Source: Octopus sinensis
Taxonomy: Eukaryota
Assembly: GCF_006345805.1 (NCBI RefSeq)
Contig: NC_042998.1
Coordinates: forward strand, 34,038,001-34,102,000
Length of the DNA stretch: 64,000 nt
Direction of reading: 5' to 3'
The position numbers were made by a program, and so were the translations under genes. The notes beneath the pieces are model-generated. The model did not search any database. It saw nothing but the letters and a program-made list of their open reading frames with translations, and was not told the DNA's origin. This document shows, in pieces, positions 1-12,345 of the stretch (its first letter is position 1; every line of letters begins with the position of its first letter).

Positions 1-37
1 TACAAACACAGACACACAAACATATACACACACCTAC

Positions 38-100
<63 letters not shown>

Positions 101-255
101 CGACGGGCTTCATTCAGTTTCCGTCAACCAAATCCACTCACAAGGCTTTGGTCAGCCCGAGACTATAGTAGAAGACACTTGCCCAAGGTGCCATGCAGTG
201 GGACTGAACCTGGAACGATGTGGTTGGTAAGCAAATTACTTACCACACAGCCTTC
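1..255 (-). mobile_element. tRNA-headed SINE family A, truncated by window edge
   Basis: Reverse complement reads GGCTGTGTGGTAAG...GGTTCAGTCCCAC...CTTGGGCAAGTGTCTTCTACTATAG...GAAGCCCGTCG followed by a (TA)n(TG)n linker; same sequence as ~15 other copies in the window. Confidence 0.9.
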
Positions 256-3200
256 CACAGTTTTTTTCTACTGAATAATTTTGCATCTTTGTAATATGGA
301 TAGATTCCCCTCACCAAGACCCATCATATAATCGAAAATATAGATTTCTTTTAAAAAAATATTTGAACTCAATAGTTATTTCAGGGGTTACTCATCCATT
401 TTTGACCTCTCATATTTTACCGAAAGTTTTTTCTACTGAAGGAATTTTCAAATTTTGTAGCTGAAAATGTAGTTTGTGATGTGACAAATCTAATTTGGTT
501 AAAAGAGTTAGTGACAAATTCTAGAAGTGGTCATGAGTGAGTAAATGTTGACCTTCAGAATATTATTCACACTCTACCATGTGTGAATGATACTCTTTGC
601 AAATATTAGCACCAAGACATTCGTCTTGATATAATTGGCATTACTGGATTCCTCTAGCGGAGATGTCTGTAAAAAGTTGAATTTCAATATAATATTCTTT
701 GGAAATAAGAATAATATTTGGAGTCAATGTTGATTTCAAGCATCACTTTTTTTTTTTTTGTTTTTGCCAGTTTTCAATTCAGTACATTTTTTGTACAGAA
801 TATTTTTGCATCTAATTGACATGGATAGATTCCTCTTGCCGAGGTCTATCATATCAGCTAAAATAAAATATAGATTTCTTTAAAGAAAAAAAAATTTTTA
901 ACCCAAAGTCGATTTCAAATTAGACGATGTTTACATTTCTAGATTGGTCACATCACAAGCTATATTTTCAGCTACAAAATCTGAAAATTGTTTTGGTAGA
1001 AAAATACTTTCAGTAAAACATGTAAGATCAAAAACGTGAAAGTAACACCTGAAATCGATTTTGAATCCAAATTTTTTTCTTTTTTTTTTAAAGAAGTCTA
1101 CATTTAATTTTAGTTTATATGATAAATTTTGGCAAGAGGAATCTATCCATGTTACTTATCTGCAAAATTATTCAGTAGCTAAAAGAAGTACTGAGGTAAA
1201 AATCTGGTGAAAAACAAATGGAGATTAACACCTGAAATTGAAATATTATTTTTATTTCAAACGGAAACTATATTTAAATTCAAGTTTTCAGATAGATCTC
1301 CACTAGAGGAATCCAATGATGTTAATTATATCAAGAACAATTTTTAAATAAAACACAACTGGAGCCAAATGTGCCAAAAAAAAAAAAAAAAAAAAGAGGT
1401 AACACCTACAATCAAATTGAAGACCTGATATTTTTTGTATACCTCATATGACAGAAATCTGGATTTTATCTTAACTTATATGATACATTCCAAGGAGAGG
1501 AATCTATCCATGTTACTTATATGCAAAAATATTCAGTATAAAGAAAGTACTAATGTGAAAATTAGCAAAAAAAAAAAACCAACAAAAAACCCCCCGATTA
1601 ACACCTGAAATCAAATTTTGACTCCAAATATTATTTTAAGCGAAAACTATATTTAAATTCAACTTTTCAGAGATTTCTACTGGAGGAATCCGATGATGCC
1701 AATTATATCGTGAACAATTTCAAATAAAAAACTCCTGGGTCCAAAGGTGCCAAAAAAAGAGGTAACACCTAAAATGAATTTCAAAACCTAAGAATTTTTT
1801 TATCTACTACCACATATGATAAAACTCATGAAGCCGATTGTTGTGGAGCTAATCTTTCCAAAAAATATCATTCAGACATGCAAGTGCATGAATAATATCC
1901 TTAAGGTTAACATTTACTACCCCACCACCACTTCTAGGCTTTCTCACTAACTGAGTCTTTTACCAAATTAGATGATGTTTACATTTCTCAGTTGGTCACA
2001 TCCCAAGCTATCTTTACAGCTACAAAATTTGAAAATTGTTACAGTAGTAAAAAAAGTTTCAGTAAAATATGTGAGATGAGAAATGGGAGAGTTACATCTC
2101 AAATGAATTTTGAGTATTTTTATTTTGTTTGAAATAAAAATATTTCGAGACAAATTTTGATTTCAGGCTTTAATCTTTGTTTTTTCACCAGGTTTTAACT
2201 CAGTGCTTTTTATTCTACTGAATATTTTTGCAAATAAGTAATATGGATAGATTCGTCTCACCAAGATCTATCATATAAGCTAAAATAAAATACAAATTCC
2301 TCTAAAAAAAATATTTGGAATCAAAGTCAATTTCAGGTGTTACTCTCCCATTTTTGATCTCACTGATTTTACTGAAACTTTTGTTCTACCGTACCAATTT
2401 AAAAAATTGTGATGGTGAAAATGTAGGTTAGGATGTGACTAATCTAAAAATGTAAACATCATCTAATTTCGCTAAAACCTGAATAAGTGAAAAAGCCTAG
2501 AATTGGTCATGAGTAAATGTTAACCATAAGAATATTATTCACGTACTGCCATGTGTGAATAATATTTTTTTGTACAGATTAGCACCACAACTCTCGTCTT
2601 GAGGAGTTCTATCATATAAGGTTTTTAAGAAAAAATTTAGGTTTTCAATTTTATTTCAGTGTCCCCACATTTTTCGGTACATTTGGCCCAAGCAGTTTTT
2701 TATTCTAAAATTTTCTTCATATAATTGATATCATCAGATTCTTCTAGTGGAGATCTATCAGAAAGGTTGAATTGAGATATAGTTTTTGCTTGAAATAAGA
2801 ATAATATTTGGAGTCAAATTTCGATTTCAGGTGTTAATCTCCTTTTTATTTTCACCGGGTTTTACTTCAGTACTTTTGTCTGCTGAATATTTTTGCAAAT
2901 AAATAACAAAGGTATAGATTCCTCCCACTGAGAGCTATCATATAAGCTAAAATGAAATATAGATTTTTCTGGGGAAAAAAACAAGAAAAAAAAAAGAATA
3001 GACGAGTGTCGTGGTACTCATCTTTCCAAAAAATATCATTCACACAGTATTGCGTGAATATTATTCTTAAGGTTAACATTTACTCACACACGACCACTCC
3101 TAGGCCTTGTCACTAACCCACTCTGTAACCAAATTAGATGATGTTTACATCTTTAGATTGGTCACATCCTAGGCTAGGTTTTCAGCTACATAATCTGAAA

Positions 3201-5282
3201 ATTGCTATGGTAGAAAAAAAAGATTCCATAAAATATGAGATGGAAAACGAAAGAGTAACACCCAAAATAGTCTTTGAGTTCAAATTATTATTTTTTTTTA
3301 GAGGAATCTCTATTTTATTTTAGTTTATATGATAGATCTTGGTGAGGGGGAATCTATCCATGTTACTTATTTGCAAAAATATTCAGTATAAAAAAGTATT
3401 GAGGTAAAAAACAAAGGAGGTTAACGCCTGAAATCAAATTTTCAGCAACAAACATTGAAAATGTCTTCAGTAGAAAAAAATGTTTCAGCAAAACATGTGA
3501 GATCAAAAACGTGACACCTGAAATTGACTTTGAGTCCAAATATTCCTTTTTTCAAGAAACCTATATTTTATTGTAGATTGTATGATAGATCTCAGCTGGA
3601 GGAATCTATCCATGTTACTTGCAAAAATATTCACTAGAAAAAAAATATACTCAGATAAAAACCAGCAAAAAAGAGGAGATTAACACCTGAAATCGATTTT
3701 AACTCCAAATATTGTTCTTATTTGAATGGAAAACTATATTGAAATTCAATTTTTCAGATAGATCTCCATTAGAGGAATCCGATGATGCCAATTATACTCA
3801 GAAACAATTTAAATAAAAAAAAACTACTGGGGCCAAATGTGCCCCAAAAAGTGGTAACACTTAAAATAAAATTCAAAACCTAAAACTATTTTTAATACCT
3901 TATATAATAGAACTCATCAGGACAAGTATTGTGGTGTTATCTTTAAAAAAAAATATCATTCATACACAGGAGCACGTGAATAATATTCTTAAGGTCAACA
4001 TTTACTCACTAAGGACCACTACTAGGCTTTGTCACTAACTCAGTTTTAAGCCACATTAAATGATGTTTACATGTTTATATTGGTCACATCATAAGCTACA
4101 TTTTCAGCTAAAATATTTGAAAATTCCTTCAGTAGGAAAAAATGTTTCAGCAAATTATGTGAGATCAAAAATGGGAGAGTGACACATGAAATCGACTTTG
4201 GGTCCAAATATGTTTTTTTTTTTTTTTAAGAAATCTATATTTTATTTTAGCTTATATGATAGATCTTGGTGAGAGGAATCTATCCATGTTACTTCTATGC
4301 AAAAATATTCAGTAGAAAAAAGTACTGAGGTAAAAACCAGCGAAAAATAAGAGATTAACAACTGAAATTGACTCCAAATATTATTCTTATTTATAAAGAA
4401 AACTATATTGGAATTCCATTTTCCAGATAGATCTCCACTAGAGAAATCCGATGACGTCAATTATATAGCAAGATAAAAAAAACTACTGTGACCAAATGTG
4501 CTGAAAAACGTGGTGACACCTGAAAAATTATTTTTTTACTACCTCATATGATAGAAATCATCAGGACAAGTATCATGGTGCTAATCATTCCAAAAAATAT
4601 CATTCAAACACTGTAGTGTGTGAATGATATTCTTAAGGTCAACATTTACTCACTCATGACCTAGGCTTTGTCACTAACTCATTCAAATTGGATGATGTTT
4701 ACATTTTTTGAATGGTCCCATCCTAAGCTACATTTTCACCTACAAAATTTGAAAATTGCTACAGTAGTAAAAAAGTTTCAGTAAAATATGTGAGGTCAAA
4801 AATGAGAGAGTAACACCTGAAATTGATTTGAGTCAGCCTATCTGACAGATCTCGGCAAGAGGAATCTATCCATGTTACTTATATGCAAACATATTCAGTA
4901 GAATAAAAAGTACTGAGGTGCCAAATGTTCCTGAAATCAAAATTCGACTCCAGATATTCTCATTTCAAAAGAAAACTATATTTAAATTCAACTTTCCAGA
5001 TAGACCTCCACTAGAGAAATCAGATGATGCTGATTGCATCAATACAAATTTTGAAATAAAAAACTAGTCGGGCCAAATTTGTTGAAAAATGTGGTAACAC
5101 CTAAAATGAAATTCAGAATCTGGAAATTATTTTTCTAATACTTCATACAATAGAACTCATCAAAACGAGTGTCATGGTGTTAATTTTTCCAAACAATTTC
5201 ATTCACACACAGTTGTGTGTGAATAATATTCTCAAGCCCTATATTTGCTCACTCACGACCAGTTCTAGGCTTTTTCATTAAC
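256..5282. repeat. Complex satellite, ~660 bp unit built from related ~170-200 bp sub-repeats, with alternating orientation
   Basis: Marker GT(G/A)ACACCTGAAAT recurs at ~3512, ~4180 and ~4812; AAATTAGATGATGTTTACAT recurs at ~916, 1965, 3131, 4054 and 4685. Minus-orientation blocks lie at ~256-915 and ~2150-2995. Confidence 0.9.
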
Positions 5283-5418
5283 GACGCTGCATATATACTT
5301 ATATATACTTTCATAAACACACACACATACACACAAATAATCAATTAACACACACACATAAGCAACTTTTAAGATGCCCATGAAGGGAAACAAAGGTGAG
5401 TATGATGAATACGTAGCT

Positions 5419-5647
5419 TTAACCCTTTAGTGTTCACATTATTCTGTCAAAACTAATGCTTTTTCATCCACATTGTTTTGGACTAATCATGCATTATCTT
5501 GTAGCTATGAGATTTTGATGAGATAGCTGTTAATTTTTAAGACGATATTGTAAGGTTGGTGTGAGAGACCAGATCTGGCCATTTTGAACATAAAACAAGC
5601 AGAATACTTTTGGCCGGATATGGCCGGTTCAAAGGCTAAAAGGTTAA
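5419..5647. mobile_element. piggyBac-type MITE (family P1)
   Basis: TTAA|CCCTTTAG ... CTAAAAGG|TTAA termini; an inverted copy lies at 9446-9673. Confidence 0.75.
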
Positions 5648-5732
5648 GGAGAGAAGGGGCAAGTTGACAATTGATGACAAGTGGACTCTTTTCTGCTGTT
5701 CATCGTAAATAAACACTCACACACACGAACAT

Positions 5733-6272
5733 TTCTTTCTGTGTCCCTTTCTGTAGAAGAGCATAGGCTCAAAATGTAAAAGACTTTTTTAATTCCTGAG
5801 CGTTATACTAATACATCTGTTTGTTTTCTACACCACCTGTCTTCATCTTTTGTATTTTACGTGAATTCTCCTCATATATCACACTCTCACGTGGCTGCAC
5901 CAGTTGATCCTGTCACCTCTTATCACACACAAAATTCTCCACTGGACTTTCTACCCTTTACGGATTTTCTTTTGGACATTTACCCTCTGGCTGCACCTCT
6001 CCTACCTATGGTTTACTGTGGACTCTTGATGAAAAATTCTTGCAATACACCATGACATCTAAACCTTTGAACTTTACATAAAGCTATTATTATTATTATT
6101 ATTTATTATTACTATTATTTTTATACTTTCTAAACCTCCTTGTTTCTTTCTGTGTTCCTTTCTGTAGAAGAGCATAGGCTCGAAACGTAAAAGACGACTT
6201 CTATTCCTGAGCATTATGCTAATACATCTGTTTATTTTCTACACCACCTGTCTTCGTCTTTTGTTTTTTCGT
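5733..6272 (+). mobile_element. Penelope-like pseudo-LTR remnant (two ~125 bp direct repeats)
   Basis: 5733-5858 and 6143-6272 are direct repeats containing CTGTAGA-AGAGCATAGGCTC-GAAACGTA, a hammerhead-like motif typical of PLE repeats. Confidence 0.5.
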
Positions 6273-6458
6273 GACCCCCCCCCCTATATATATATATATA
6301 TATATATACATACATACTTATTGTAGAGAGATGTTACTGAATTTTAAAGTTTAATCATTTACAATTAACCACAAAACAGGGTTTAGAAGCAGGCATTTTC
6401 TGAATGATAGCTGTCTATCACAAAATGAAAGCAAAATCATTATACAAGGAATAATTTT

Positions 6459-7752
6459 GGTTCTTTTCGCTTTGACCGGCAGATTTTAAAAATAATTTCT
6501 TTGTAACTAAACACTTTTAAACTTCGTATACTGGTAGAATGTGTTACATAAAACATCTTTTTCTCTTGGCTTTCTTGAGAAAATTCTGCAGTTTGTAAGC
6601 TATTTGTTGTTTAATTGCTTGCATTTCAGCAATTTCAACAATCAATGACGACTATTCAGGTGAATACATTTTCTCCGGATCTTTGTCAACAACAATTATT
6701 TGCGGTGTCATGTGAATTTGTCACTGTTATTTATGACATATTTCATATCAGTTATGTTGGTATGAATAAAAGATTATCGTTATTAAACTTTTGTTAATAA
6801 ACACATATTCTAAGTTCACAACATATGCAGTTTTAATTTTCCTCTCTGTTGCACAGATACACACATTACATATCATATATTCGTTTAAGAAACAGAAATG
6901 GTTTACTCTTTACTCTTTTACTTGTTTCAGTCATTTGACTGCGGCCATGCTGGAGCACCGCCTTTAGTCGAGCAAATTGACCCCGGGACTTATTCTTTGT
7001 AAGCCCAGTACTTATTCTATCGGTCTCTTTTGCCGAACCGCTAAGTGACGGGGACGTAAATACACCAGCATCGGTTGTCAAGCAATGCTAGGGGGACAAA
7101 CACACACACACATACATATATATATATATGACAGGCTTCTTTCAGTTTCCGTCTACCAAATCCACTCACAAGGCATTGGTCGGCCCGGGGCCATAGCAGA
7201 AGTCACTTGCCCAAGATGCCACGCAGTGGGACTGAACCCGGAACCATGTGGTTGGTTAGCAAGCTACTTACCACACAGCCACTCCTGCGGTTTATTTACA
7301 TTTCTGAAGAAAAAAAGATACCCTTCCCCCACCCCTAACCCTAAAACAGATTAAAATGCAATAGATCGATACTAGGGTCATAATTATGGGTGGACACTAA
7401 AGAGGGAACGGTTTTGTTATCCAGCTCTGTTTACGAGTGACTCCTCAGTTTATGGCCACAGGGTATCTTTTTTCTCATAAATAACAGTGACAAATTCATA
7501 TGACACCGCAAATAATTGTTGTTGACAAAGATCCGGAGAAATTGTATTCACCTCAATAGTCGTCATTGATTGGTTGAAATTGCTGAAATGCAAGCAATTA
7601 AACAACAAATAGCTTACAAACTGCAGAATTTTCTCAAGAAAGCCAAGAGAAAAAGATGTTTTATAAACACATTCTACCAGTATATGAAGTTTAAAAGTGT
7701 TTGGTTACAAAGAAATTATTTTAAAAATCTGCCGATCAAAGCGAAAAGAACT
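6459..7752. mobile_element. Non-autonomous foldback element with ~280 bp TIRs (MULE-like)
   Basis: 6459-6735 is the reverse complement of 7478-7752 (GGTTCTTTTCGCTTTGACCGGCAG... / ...CTGCCGATCAAAGCGAAAAGAACT); a SINE is inserted inside. Confidence 0.8.
6905..7289 (-). mobile_element. SINE family A, full length
   Basis: tRNA-like head, CORE-like TTGGGCAAGT block, microsatellite linker and 3' part ending CAGCATGGCCGCAGTCAAATGACTGAAACAAGTAAAAGAG. Confidence 0.92.
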
Positions 7753-8279
7753 GGAATTTTTATTAAACAAACGAAAGCAAAGCATTACGACAACCAAAGT
7801 TGTTAGAACTTCTGAAGTCTTAATAAGCTTTTTGTTTGCTTTTAAATTTTAATTCAATATTAAGAGTAACAGAATTTAGATTATTATCTCTTAGGGTAAA
7901 TCGACAAGGTTTTTGCTTTCAGATAGTACAATTGGATTTTCTGAGTAGCAGGATTCCAATTTTTTTTATTTTCAACCAAGTTGACAAGAACAGTAGCCAA
8001 ATTGCAGGCTTTATATTTATTTTACTTACGGTGGATACATCGGCTATTTTTGCATTTTAAAAAATTTTATATTAGCCTTGGCTTTACTATTCATATAATC
8101 GGATTCCCTTCTTACTATATATATAGATATAGCTAATTTATTTCTTGATTTTATGATAAAATTAGTATTACATTAATATTCAATATTATATAGAAGATTA
8201 TTTTTCATAATGAATTTTCGCACTTTCATTTTTGGCATGTTCGTATTATGCACTTTGTTTCAATATAAAATTATTTCTA

Positions 8280-8307
8280 TATTAGACCCTATATATAGGG
8301 TCTAATA
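8280..8307. repeat. Perfect 28 bp palindrome
   Basis: TATTAGACCCTATATATAGGGTCTAATA is its own reverse complement. Confidence 0.9.
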
Positions 8308-9357
8308 CTTTTTACAATTACACTTCTCGTTATCCTAAAAAATTATTAATTTTAAAGGAAATAAATATACAGGCGGGTTTCATTTAATTAACACAAAACA
8401 TGCACTCATATATTTATAATAAATATCGCTTGCATGCTTTAATTTTTAAGCTTCTCATTGGGGTAGGTGCATTGACTACAAAGCATACTAATAATAATGA
8501 AGAAAAAAATGAATAATATGGGGGGGGGATTGAACTGAATGAAGAAGAAAAATCAAAACAAATATAGAAGAAAAAGAATAGAAAAAAATTCATATTTTCA
8601 ATTCCATAAAAATTGAAACCTAGAAAATTAGTTTTAAACCAAAAATTAAATATAGATATTGCTCATGAATTTAAAACGAAAAATCTTAAAAAAATTTTAA
8701 AAAAGTAAATTTTTTAATAAATTTTTTTGTATTTTTTATAGATGAGCTTGAAATCAGTTTATGGAAAGTTGGTTATATTCTATTTAGGAGTTATAAATTG
8801 GCTTATGAAAATTAGATTGTAATATGGAATTTTAGCATATATGTGAAAACTTCATTTTAAAAAACGTTATTCCTCAAAATTTAATTATTATAGCTTCTTT
8901 CTTTCAATTGGCAGATCTGAAGGTTTCTGGTAATGCTGTTTAGAAAAAGCAAAAGGGCAAGTGGCCCCTTGTGCCTTATGGTGGATGCATTGGGTTTGCA
9001 TTTTTTAAATCAACTTTATATTAACCAATGCAACGAAACCCTGTCCAGATAACTTTGTCTTATTTTTAGAATTTATGAAAAAATATGTGAAAATTAAAAA
9101 ACCCAACATAAAATTCTTATTTTCATTCAATCATCAACAATGAAAAATAATTAAAATGTTTTTTAACAAAAGAATATTTATTAGTTTTATTGCATTGCCT
9201 GGAAAAAAAAGTGGATTACAATAAAAAATGTAGGCGAATGCATGTTAATATTCTTCAGTTATTACAACTGTAAAAGTACAGGACAAGATTTCTACAGTAG
9301 AATTTGCCTAATTTGTCAGCTCTAATGGAAACTAAAAAGTACTTAAAATTAAAATTC

Positions 9358-10306
9358 TGCTGTCCTGACTAGGACAGTGTTGCTGCCGATATTTAGCCCC
9401 AAGAAAACATCTTTTCCAGCTGGCTATCATGACACAACTGCACCCTTAACCCTTTAGTGTTTAAACCGGCCATATCCGGCCCAAATATTCTATATGTTTT
9501 ATATTCAAACTGGCCATATCCAGCCTCTCACACCTAACCTACAATGACATTCTAAAAATAAACAATCACATCATTGAAACCCCAAAGCTATAAGATAATG
9601 CTTGATTAATTCAAAACAATTTGAGTGAAAAAGTATTACATTTAACAGAGTAATCTGAATACTTAAGGGTCAAACCTCGAACAAAGGAGCTAATTCCCCA
9701 TCTCAAGCCAATGGTTATCTTGTACCCATGAAGGGAAATACCCAGAAACCATTGGTCCACTGGTACCGTTTAAAGCTTGGTGGGGACATTAACTCCCTTG
9801 TTTAAGACTGAGTGGAGACATTAGCTCCCTTGTTCGAGGTATAAGGATGCAGTTGTGCATCAATAGCCAGCTTGGAAAGATGTATTCCTGGGGCTAAAAA
9901 AAGGTAGTAACACTGTCCTAATCAGGACTGCCACTTTACGTTGGCAATTAGACTTTACTCTGTAGTACTGTTACTACTTATTTTTCACTCAGAGATTTAA
10001 AACTAATTGTTTATCTTCTTATGAGATCAGTGACCGTGTGTCACTTTAAAAGTGTATACCTCAAACAAGGCCTAGTGCTGCCACCTCTAGCCAATGATAA
10101 TCCTGTGCCGTTGAAGTGAAATAACCCAGAAGCCATTAGTCTGCAGGTACCATTTAAGGCTGAGTGGGGAATTTAGCCCCCTTGTTTGAGGTATAAGAAC
10201 GCAATTGTGCGTGGATAGCCAACTGGAAAAGATGTTTTCCTGGGGCTAAAAAAGGCAGTAACACCGTCCTAATCAGGACTGCCATTTTACATTGGCAAAT
10301 AGGCAT

Positions 10307-10310
<4 letters not shown>
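9358..10310. mobile_element. Three copies (one inverted, two direct) of a ~250 bp retroelement-like module
   Basis: 9358-9700 (split by a MITE) is the reverse complement of 9822-9935; a direct copy lies at ~10105-10310; related pieces at ~61755-61870 and ~63160-63210. Confidence 0.65.
9446..9673. mobile_element. piggyBac-type MITE (family P1)
   Basis: TTAACCCTTTAGTG start and degenerate TAAGGGTCAA end; reverse complement of 5419-5647. Confidence 0.7.
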
Positions 10311-10369
<59 letters not shown>

Positions 10370-10398
10370 CATACATATATATATATATATAAACATAT
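10309..10398. repeat. (CT)n(AT)n compound microsatellite
   Basis: Direct inspection. Confidence 0.95.
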
Positions 10399-10589
10399 AT
10401 GGTGGCTGCCCCTTTGTTATCAAGTATGGCCATTGCATGAAACTTAATGTTGTTATCATGCAATGCCTGTGCAAGAAGATTTTTTTTTAAAGTGAAGAAA
10501 GGCTGTGCACTGAGTCAATCCCACTCACTAAGCAACAGCAGCCATAATCCGAAAAGAAAAACAAGTCAACATCATCGGTAACCACTGAG

Positions 10590-10935
10590 CCGCAGGTTTT
10601 ATGTCGGAGTTATCCCAGTTACTTGAGTTACCTTCTCCTAGAAGGATGCCCTAACAAAGGTTAGGAGTCCTTCATTCCCAATGGTTTAACCGTGCGATCG
10701 GGTATTCAGTCTGATTATTTCTATTTTCCCGCGCATGATACAGCCTTAAGACATTTATTGGATGGCCGTTGACTCTCAAGAGTTCCTCTGCCCTTTGACG
10801 GGTTTTGTTTCTCATTCCGCAGGGTGTCCAATAAACACCCTCCTCACCAAGCAAGCTTGGTGGGGTTGCCGGTTTAGTTGCTGATGACCCGACCATGCAA
10901 CAGGTTGTACTGGGTTACATGTTACCAGTAGCACT
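10590..10935 (+). mobile_element. Possible LINE (RTE-type) 5' UTR fragment
   Basis: GC-richer block with GAGTTACCTTCTCCTAGA.GGATGCC, resembling RTE 5' leaders from memory; not verified by search. Confidence 0.25.
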
Positions 10936-11199
10936 CGAAAGTGACCTGACTGACTGACTACACACACATACATACATATACAAGAGTTAGGGAATGGAGT
11001 ATGAAAAATCCAGGCTACATGTTTCATAGTGAGTGGAACCTCAGAAGTGGTAAAATCCAAATAAAGTGTATACCACAGGCTACTCTTCAGACCAAGGATA
11101 TCTTGATTAGATTAAAGGTTACATTGTCATAAGGACATACATGCTGACACAATGAAGATTCAATCAGAATGTTTGGAGGGCACAGTATTACACATATAT

Positions 11200-11238
<39 letters not shown>

Positions 11239-11784
11239 CAAAGGTAGGACAGAATAAACACAACAAATGGAAACCAACAAAACACAGCATGTGGAAAAGC
11301 AAACAATAGCACAACAAAGAGCAAACAGGGTAAAAACAAGATACACAGATCATTCGCAGCCAATTTCCTCATCAGTCAGAGTCCAGGAAGTCCTCCTATC
11401 TCTGATACTACTCAAATCCAGCGAGTGCCAGGAACTTAAACTAAAAGCACTAAGCCTCTGGGGGAGGCAAACGAATGTATACAAGAACGAGAACAAAAAC
11501 AAAAATGAGAAATCTAGACTTATTTACATACAGCAGAACACCTTTCAGCTATACAATAGAAAGGAAAAACTACAGGCTGCCAAATGAAGAGAATGAATGG
11601 GAGGAGGGTCTGCCAAATGTTGACCCAACTGAGGGACCAGTTAACCAAATCGACAGTACCTTGGTAGATAAAGCAATTAAGGATATGAAGAGAGGGAAAG
11701 CCTCTGGTCAACCAGGAATCACTGCTGAGATGCTTAAAATATGGCGGTGTAGGTTATGGTCTAGTCACCTGTATAGTTAATCAG

Positions 11785-12345
11785 GTGGTACCCAATGACT
11801 GGTGTAGCAGTACCATAATCAATTGCTGCAAAGGTAACCATGATGCCTCAGATAGAAATAATTCCAGTGGTATCAAATTGTTGGATCAGGTGATAAATGT
11901 CCTGGAGAGAGTCATAGCCCAAGTAATTAGGGAGAGAGTTAGTCTAGACGAGACGCAATTTGGTTTTGTGCCAAGGAAAAGCATCACTGACGCTACATCT
12001 TTGGTAAGGCAGCTGCAGGAGAAATACATAGCCAAAGATAAATCTGTGTATTTGGCTTTTGATGACTTGGAGAAAGCCTTTGACAGGATTCCCCAAACCT
12101 GTATCTGGTGGTCAATGCAGAAACTAGGGATAGACGAGTGGTTGGTGAGAGCTGTACAAGCCATGTACAAGGATACTGTCAGTAAGGTAAGGGTTGGCAG
12201 TGTGTATAGTGAATACTTCTGGGTACAAGTAGAGGTTCACCAAGGATCAGTCCTCAGCCCTGTCTTGTTCATAATAGTTCTCCAGGCAATAACAGAGGAA
12301 TTTAAGACAGTCTGCTCCTCTATTCTGATGACCTTGTTCTTATAG
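11785..12345 (+). pseudogene. RTE reverse transcriptase fragment (frameshifted)
   Basis: 186 aa ORF with RT domains 2-4; continuation lies in other frames with stops. Confidence 0.9.

Noticed and set aside
7760-9340. Mitochondrial insertion suggested by very high AT content
   Set aside because: No recognisable mitochondrial tRNA, rRNA or protein motifs were found by eye; left unannotated.
11350-11385. Hammerhead on the minus strand (CTGATGAG...GCGAAT)
   Set aside because: Stem II and stem I do not pair and GAAA is broken; at most a dead PLE remnant.
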